DNA from: Antedon mediterranea
Lineage: Eukaryota > Animalia > Echinodermata
Reading direction: 5' to 3'
Length of the DNA stretch: 64,000 nt
NCBI RefSeq assembly: GCF_964355755.1
Contig: NC_092679.1
Coordinates: 6,478,201 to 6,542,200, forward strand
Below are positions 25,201-64,000 of the stretch, piece after piece. Positions within the stretch are counted from its first letter, which is position 1. Every line of letters begins with the position of its first letter. The position numbers and the translations under genes were made by a program. The notes under the pieces are model-generated. The model made no database searches. It was not told the DNA's origin and saw nothing but the letters and a program-made list of their open reading frames with translations.

Positions 25201-28200
25201 TGCTGTAAAAAAAAACCATAATCAACATCAAATTAATAGTAGGCCTAAAACATTAAAAGTGCAGTAATTGCGCAAATTACATTTTTTTATGAATGCAATA
25301 ACGTATAATGTTATAGTAATCCTCTTAACATGGTTCTATTATATATTTTGATAAAAACTGTACCCCTATAACTTAACAATGTTGTGGAGTGGTGAAAGAT
25401 GTAGCAGATGCCTCTCTGAAATAATGATCAATTAATGTCAAATACAACTCTTCATATTTCACTAATGACATGATTGTTACTGCAAAACATGCTGTAATGA
25501 GCATATAATGATGTTTACTTCACTTCCCCTAAACAAAATGTTAAGAGAAATTTTCAAATTACTAGAATTCATTAAATTAACAAATAAATTATCAATTTAC
25601 ACAGACAAGCGATAACGTTATTTAAAAATATAGACTCTGTGTTATTCCTTATGACCATTTACACGAAACGTGGAGCTGACGGGCAGTTTCCGCTCAGGAT
25701 AGACACAGATTCTACAGGTATATAGGACACACTACACGTTTTTTTTTCACTTACCGTTACCGCTTGTCTGTGTAAATTGGCCTTTAGGCCACACCTGGTA
25801 AGTTGCAGGGGCGAATCCAGGATTTCTCCACCCCTGGTTTGAGTATACAAATAGTTCTCTCGCAAACCCCTCTGGATCCACCCCTGATTTTAATGTAAAC
25901 ATAATTCTCTTGACTGTATTACCTTTAGTATGGTAACGTAATAATCAAGTGTGAAATTTGTATTCATAAGTACACACTATCTTGCAATAAACTTTGCATT
26001 TTATGTATGTACTACTGTAGATAAAATGAATTCATCATCGGATGCGGTGCAATGGTAAAGATATTTTGTATTCTGCAAATTCACAATCTGGGAAGTTTAG
26101 AAAATATAACTGGTGCATTAACTATATAATGATAAAATTAATGTGTTTTCAGAGTTGTACATACACGGTATATATGTATATATAGGAATGGGTTTTTTAA
26201 ATAGAATACTGTATATGCTTTGCTTTAGAACATAGTTTGTATGTCAGATATATTGTAGGCTAAACTTCCTGTCATAGTGTTTAAGTTCAGAATTTATCAC
26301 CAATATGTATAACATGAATTAGCATGGTAATTCTCCAGATAATGGTGGTTGTTTAGATCATCGACTTTGATTTATGGTCGTAACTGATCATTATATTTGT
26401 AGCATGGATAAAAATAATTGAGTAGATACATTCATTTCACATTTTGACATAACGTAATGGATATGCTTGCCAAATATGGCTTCATGTACTGTATAACGCA
26501 CAGCTTCTTTTTTAATGGCATTGAAAATTCAATAATTTAGATATACTGGTATATGTACAGGATATATCATTGTTGAATCGTGGAGGTACCTTCACGGTTG
26601 TGTCACAGATAATGAAATACATTTTAGGGATCATGTCAACATTATTTTACTGCAGTTACTGCAGTAAATGCATTTTTTTACTGCAATAATGTATGATTTA
26701 GTATGTTTCAATGTGGTTTATGAGGTAGTCACTGTAATAACCAAACAAACAGTGTGTACAGTGATTGGGCCTACAGTATCCCAAATTAAACAGCTTGCTA
26801 ATATTTCAAACAAATGTTAAAGAGTATAAGACAAAATGCAGTGACTGCAGTAGATTAATTTTGACATGGTCCCTGCAAATATCCTTATGGTTATATACAG
26901 TATTATATAATTTCTCGACGTTACTGTATATCGTACTCGTAGATGAGGACATAGCAGGGTTGTTTACAATATCTCTGTGTTAAGTCTCCAATTTCTCTCT
27001 GTGTGTTGGGTCTACCTTCATAGTTGTCATGCTTGAATGATGACATGTCACGCTTGAGAGATTTCTTTTCATTGACATTTGATTTTAGTACTTTTATTAA
27101 AGAACAGATGTATAGAAATTTGTATTTATATAGCCTTAAGTACACAAGGGAGGTAGAGAATATAAGACAAGGTCATTGAAATGAACAGCAATATTTCTAT
27201 TTTGTTTTTATTAATTCTTGTCATTTTTTTAATTCAACATTGTGAATAAACTTGGTATAGTTAGATAGAGGTGAATTTACTGTATTAACTATATTAGTAG
27301 ATTGGTACATGCTTACTGTACATGTTTGTAAAATGTACATTTTTAAGTAAGTAAGTAATAAGTTTGTCATTTGATGGATTCATTTATGTGGATTGTCTGA
27401 AGTTGTTTTAGGTCATCGACGTTTCTGTATGTTTACAGTAATTTTAACTATTGGAGATATATATAATTTATATTATTGACAATTAAAGTTGTTAATTTTA
27501 ATGATAATATGTCCAAATAAACATTTTTTTTAAGTTTCATTTTAAGAATTTTCTCCATTCTAAATGTTTTCATTTTTCGACCAATTTCACCTTTAAGTGT
27601 TCTTCTTGTGCGAGGTGTTCTTAATAGAGTGTTCTTAAGCTCTGTCTACACTATCAAACTTTATGTGATGTGATGTTGCTAAATATGGTAGTGATATATT
27701 TAAATATGGTAGTGCTATGACATCATTATATCCATATATCACATCACAATTTTTTGTCACATAAAGTTTGATAGTGTAGACAGAGTTCAGAGATCATGTC
27801 ACAATTATTCTACTGGAGATACTGCAGTAACTACACTACATCAATCATCATAGACATTTTGTGTATAATTATTGATTACTTGAAACAGGCTTGCTAACAA
27901 AGATGTTTACTGCAGTAACTGCAGCAGAATAATTGTGACATAGTTCCTTATATAAAATAAAATGGTATAAGCTGATCAATTGAATATTCATCTTTGTTTA
28001 ACACAAATCCCATGGACATATAATACTGTATCGTTAGTAATAAACGAGTTTCTAAATGTGTATTAAAGCACTCTGTTATTCAAATCAGATTTGTGTGCAA
28101 ACTTTAATGTTTGCTTAATAAGTCTAGCATAATTACGTGACTGCGTTTAACTGACATGTTAGCCTTCCCTTCTGGACAGCATTAATCTGTATAATTCACC

Positions 28201-28461
28201 ATGAGTTAGTAGAATAATCCGTACTAATATTATACATTACGGTGTTGCCGTTCAGTATTATATCAGGGAGTTTAACAACTCGTTGACAACACTTCTCAAA
28301 CACTCGTCGGTTAGTTTAGAAGGTTTTTGGATGGGGTAGGCCTTACCAGGAAAAATTATTTTCTGTGTAGGCCTATAACATAGAGATTTTACATTCATAC
28401 TGTAAATATTATCTCTATGTAGATGGCACGAACAACAAACATACATCAATTAGTATTGTAA

Positions 28462-29064
28462 ACTCTATCAAACTAGTTTGACAAAAAAAAGGTGTGATGT
28501 GCCAAAATAAGATAGTGTATACTCAAATACGGTAGTGGTATGCTCAAATACGGTAGTGATATGCTCAAATACGGTAGTGATAGGCTCAAAATGGTAGTGA
28601 TATGCTCAAATACGGTAGTGGTATGCTCAAATACGGTAGTGGTATGCTCAAATACGGTAGTGATATGCTCAAATACGGTAGTGGTATGCTCAAATACGGT
28701 AGTGGTATGCTCAAATACGGTAGTGGTATGCTCAAATACGGTAGTGGTATGCTCAAATACGGTAGTGGTATGCTCAAATACGGTAGTTGTATGCTCAAAT
28801 ACGGTAGTGATAGGCTCAAATACGGTAGTGATAGGCTCAAAATGGTAGTGATATGCTCAAATGTGGTAGTGATATGCTCAAAGTGATATGCACAATTATG
28901 GTAGTGATATGCTCAAATATGGTAGTGATATGCACAATTATGGTAGTAATATGCTCGTATATGGTAGTGATATGCTCAAATAAAGTGATATGACATCATC
29001 ATGTCTATATATGGGCACATTACATATTTTTCACATAAAGTTTGATAGTATATAGACAGAGCTT
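28462..29064. repeat. Family A MITE expanded by a 21-bp minisatellite (~20 copies, 28520-28985)
   Basis: Unit ggtagtg(g/a)tatgctcaaatac lies between MITE A ends. Confidence 0.93.
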
Positions 29065-30720
29065 TAGAAGATATCTAAGTGCATTTTTATAAAGGCGCTG
29101 CCGACTTGCGTTATTTTATATTTGTAACTTTAAGGTTAAAATGTGACAACATTGAAGGAACTCTCTTGTGAAAATAAGACTTTAAGTTTATAAAAGCTTT
29201 TTTTTATCTTATTAACGCAAATATGGTTACTTTAGAGGACCGCCTTTCTGGCAAAAACCCAACTACAAGACCTATAAAATCGACAATTTTAGCTTAAAGT
29301 TCCAACTTGGACGCAAATCGTCCTCCATAATAATTTTGTAGAATAAGATAAAATAAGTTTAACATTCAAGATGTTAATTAAAGATGAGCCATTTTAATTC
29401 GAATAACGAACATTGACGCCCATGACTGTAATTGTCATTTTTGTAGAAAAATTACGATCAATATCTTTATTAAATAATAAGTTTGTTTATATTTGAAAAT
29501 CATGAAAACATATGGCATGATTGAATAACGGAGGCTATAACAACACTCTTGATCGTACAAGCCGATTTATTTTGCATTAACCAATATTGAATTCTGTTTT
29601 GTTTAGACATTATAATATAAATTACTCACACATTAGAAATGCAGCCCGGTTGACAACAGGACAATACAGTAATATGCAAATCATATTCTTTCATTACATC
29701 CGTGGTACAGTATTATCTATATGCACCTGCAGCTTTTTATAGTGTATTCATGCAACACACGATATTACTTGGATCTTTGATTAGCTGTGATGCAGCGCGT
29801 ACGCATACACACGCGCTGCATCACACGTCCTTTGATCGCCGCGTTATTTACTAGAACGATAGTTATGACATCAAGGGATTTGTATGCGAATACATGTTAA
29901 TAATAATGCGCTTTTATACCCATCGGCTTTAAAAAATCTCATTTTCTGATCAATCGTAGTTTGCAACGCAATATAATGTAAACGTGATTATATAATGTCA
30001 TTTGTTATTGTAATGCGATTATGTATATTGCCGTAAACCAAAACCGATTATTCTGCAAGGTGTGTGTATATCTGATTGAAATCACGTTATGTGTGCCAAC
30101 GAGCCGGAGGAGATGGCTGAAGAGAGAGAGGGGGCGAACGATCCATTTTTATTTACAGTCAATATTATCGCCATATTGTGTTTCTTAATAATGAAAATTA
30201 AAAATGAGTTACAGATAAGCATAAAATGTGGCACAGCACAGTCTCGAAGAAAACGAGAAATATGTGTCATTCCAGCCTAGTTATAGTTATGTTTGGATAG
30301 GCTTATATCCTATGATACAGGCGTCACATATGATACGTTTTATAGAATCTGCCTATGATATTACTTGGAAAATTGTAGATAGAGAATCATTCCGATTATA
30401 CCTAATTTTAAATTCGACATGCATTTTATTCAGCAATTCTGTTTACAAAATGATTCAGTTTTTTAAGACGGTGGAATTATGATACGAAATAATCGTGTGA
30501 TCAGAATTTCTTTTATTTCCCAGAGGTCACTAAATTATTACGAGACTTAATTGGAAATTAATATCGAGTCATTTCTCGTCCATTATATACTTTTCGTAAA
30601 TGAGATAGTGATCCTTCTGTTTTTGTAATATATTTTGTAAGTTTATTACGGTATTGATTAATCTGAAAGGAGAAAAGACTACTACTGTACTACTACTATA
30701 CTAATTGTGTGCGATCCGTA

Positions 30721-31537
30721 AAGCTCATTTCCCACAAAAGGCCGGTGCAGACCAAACGCGAAGCAGCGAAGCGTCATACGTCACGCGTCATTCGACGGAT
30801 CGCTTTGAAAGTTGAATTTTCATGCGTCTATTAGTTTTTTTAGACTCGTAAGCGCAACGCAAGCGTTGACAAGAAACAGTTTGTATAATCGCATGTGATT
30901 GGTCTAATTAACCTTGGTTCTCACTGCTGTAGACCCAGCGCAAAGCTCCTAGACGCAACGCAAGCGAGTTGACCAATGACTGCCAGTTCAAATAATCAAT
31001 TGCTTGTGATTGGTCAATCACTTTCGTTGCGCTTACATCCTTGCGTTGCGTCCTAGTAGGAACCCAGTTAAAACTTGGTTCCCACTAGAACATAACGCAA
31101 GGACGTAAACGCAACGCAAGCGTTTTAACCAATGACAAGCGAAGTTATAGACAGTTAGCAATCACAAGCGAATAACCCATCGCTTGTGATTGGTCAATTC
31201 ACTTGCGTTGCGTTACGTCCTTGCGTTGCGTCGCTAGTGGGAACCACGCTTTAAGGACGGGAAGACGTTACAGCACAACGCTTAAAGCTTGATTCCCACT
31301 AGGACGCAACGCAAGCACCTAGAAGCAATGTAAGCGAGTTAACCAATGACTGCCAGTTCAAATAATCAATTGCGTGTGATAGGTCAATCACTTACGTAAG
31401 CACTAACGTTCTTGCGTTGCATCCCAGTGGGAACCAAGTTTAAGGAAAATTCACCAATCACGTTAAAATAGATTGTCCGAACAGCTCACTTGCGTTACGC
31501 TACGTTGTGTGTTGAGTGCAAGTGGGAACCAAGCTTT
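30721..31537. mobile_element. Cluster of about 4 adjacent family B MITEs
   Basis: Repeated (A)GCTTGGTTCCCACTAG / CTAGTGGGAACCA(A/C)G ends near 30721, 31050, 31072, 31250, 31286, 31440 and 31535. Confidence 0.8.
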
Positions 31538-32731
31538 ATGTGACTATTGGCTACGCTGAAGCTATACGAACGATAATGACGATGATGATAATGACGATGG
31601 TGATTAACAAGATCATAATCTGCCAAAACAATTACTCTTCATCTAATCCATCATGATCAACGTTGATTAATACGCGTAAAATATTAATCAGACTATTAGA
31701 TACTCGTGATGGATTAATTAACCTAATAGACCAAGCCGCTGGAAATTTAACGAATGAATTATGCATCAACGTCGTATAAATAGAGCGATGTATTCATCCT
31801 TTACGATGCTTACATTTATCTGTATCTCTGTCGTCGTTGATTAATACTCGCCTTCATTTCAATTTATATATTGAATATTAATAATTATATTTTACCATGT
31901 TGCTGATAATCGGCCATTTGAGTTATGATTTTGCAAATTAAGATGAAGAACCAGTTTCTATGTATAGTAAATGTCAGTATTATTACTACTACAACAGGAT
32001 TTAAAAGCAACATCCTTCGTAATAATTATTATAACAACACGTTGTAGCCATAGGCAACAAGTCTGTAACGCTCGCGGTGCCATTTTAATATAATATTCAT
32101 AAATCCATAAGTATGAACTAAATAATATTATGGTGAGAGTATTAAAATAATAATAGGCTTCTTGTGTCGTAGATAGATTTTGAGCAGTTGTTGATGGAAC
32201 TTAATCAAAATAGCTTCGTATTGAAAAGTGCAAGGCAAGGTCGATTGAAGGATGGGTCTTTACGTTTTTGAAAAGGTGGAAAAAGAAAACATTATATTAT
32301 ACAGTATTACGTTATGAAATTTTATGTTTAAAAAAAAAAATTATGTGGATAACAGCAAACTTCGAAATAAAAGTATAGAAAATAAAGAGAGAGGATATAA
32401 AACATAAACAGCCAACATGTAGGCCTTCATGTAACCTTTTCGCAAACACCACCACTAACTTATTGTATGATCAGTAGAATTTGTTGTGGTTTGAGTATTA
32501 AGTCTATACACTTAACAAAGTGACGATTCTCACCTCGCATACCTTTTGTATACAATTGAAAAAAAGGAACGCATCGTTGACCAAACTCTAAAGAAGTTAA
32601 CTTCACGCTTAATTCTCCCGATAAAAAAGATTAAAAAGTCACAGATTTTTTTGGACAAACCAGTGTTTGTCAGACATTTTACATTATGGCGTTTTAGATT
32701 TCTGCAGAAATGAACTGAGAGTTGACATACC

Positions 32732-63962
<31,231 letters not shown>

Positions 63963-64000
63963 GTAATCTACTATGTTCAAATAGACTTACTATTTTTCTA

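Noticed and set aside
28540-28886. MLKYGSG / CSNTVVV repeat ORFs
   Set aside because: They are translations of the 21-bp minisatellite within a MITE.

Overview
AT-rich, intron-rich eukaryotic (invertebrate animal; echinoderm-like is my inference only) genomic DNA. It holds three + strand genes. (1) A divergent NR1H (LXR/FXR/EcR-group) nuclear receptor of about 372 aa (coding exons 9239-12799). (2) A small InaF-motif membrane protein (18910 onward). (3) A type II, otoferlin-like ferlin with 37 frame-consistent coding exons from 32732, running off the window end. Introns and intergenic DNA are dense with non-autonomous DNA transposons (PIF/Harbinger-, Mutator-, IS3EU-, piggyBac-, Kolobok- and Tc1-type ends), LINE and SINE remnants and minisatellites, several of which grew inside MITEs. 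The most notable observations are: a minimal Penelope-type hammerhead ribozyme at about 2680; three extra tandem copies of the receptor's helix-12/AF-2 coding tail in its 3' UTR, one an intact 24-aa ORF; a non-canonical P-box in the receptor; two inverted intronic repeat pairs that each bracket an in-frame block of ferlin exons; and a 1-kb-arm foldback element full of AGGTCA direct repeats. All calls are from manual reading. No searches were run, and functional claims are hypotheses.
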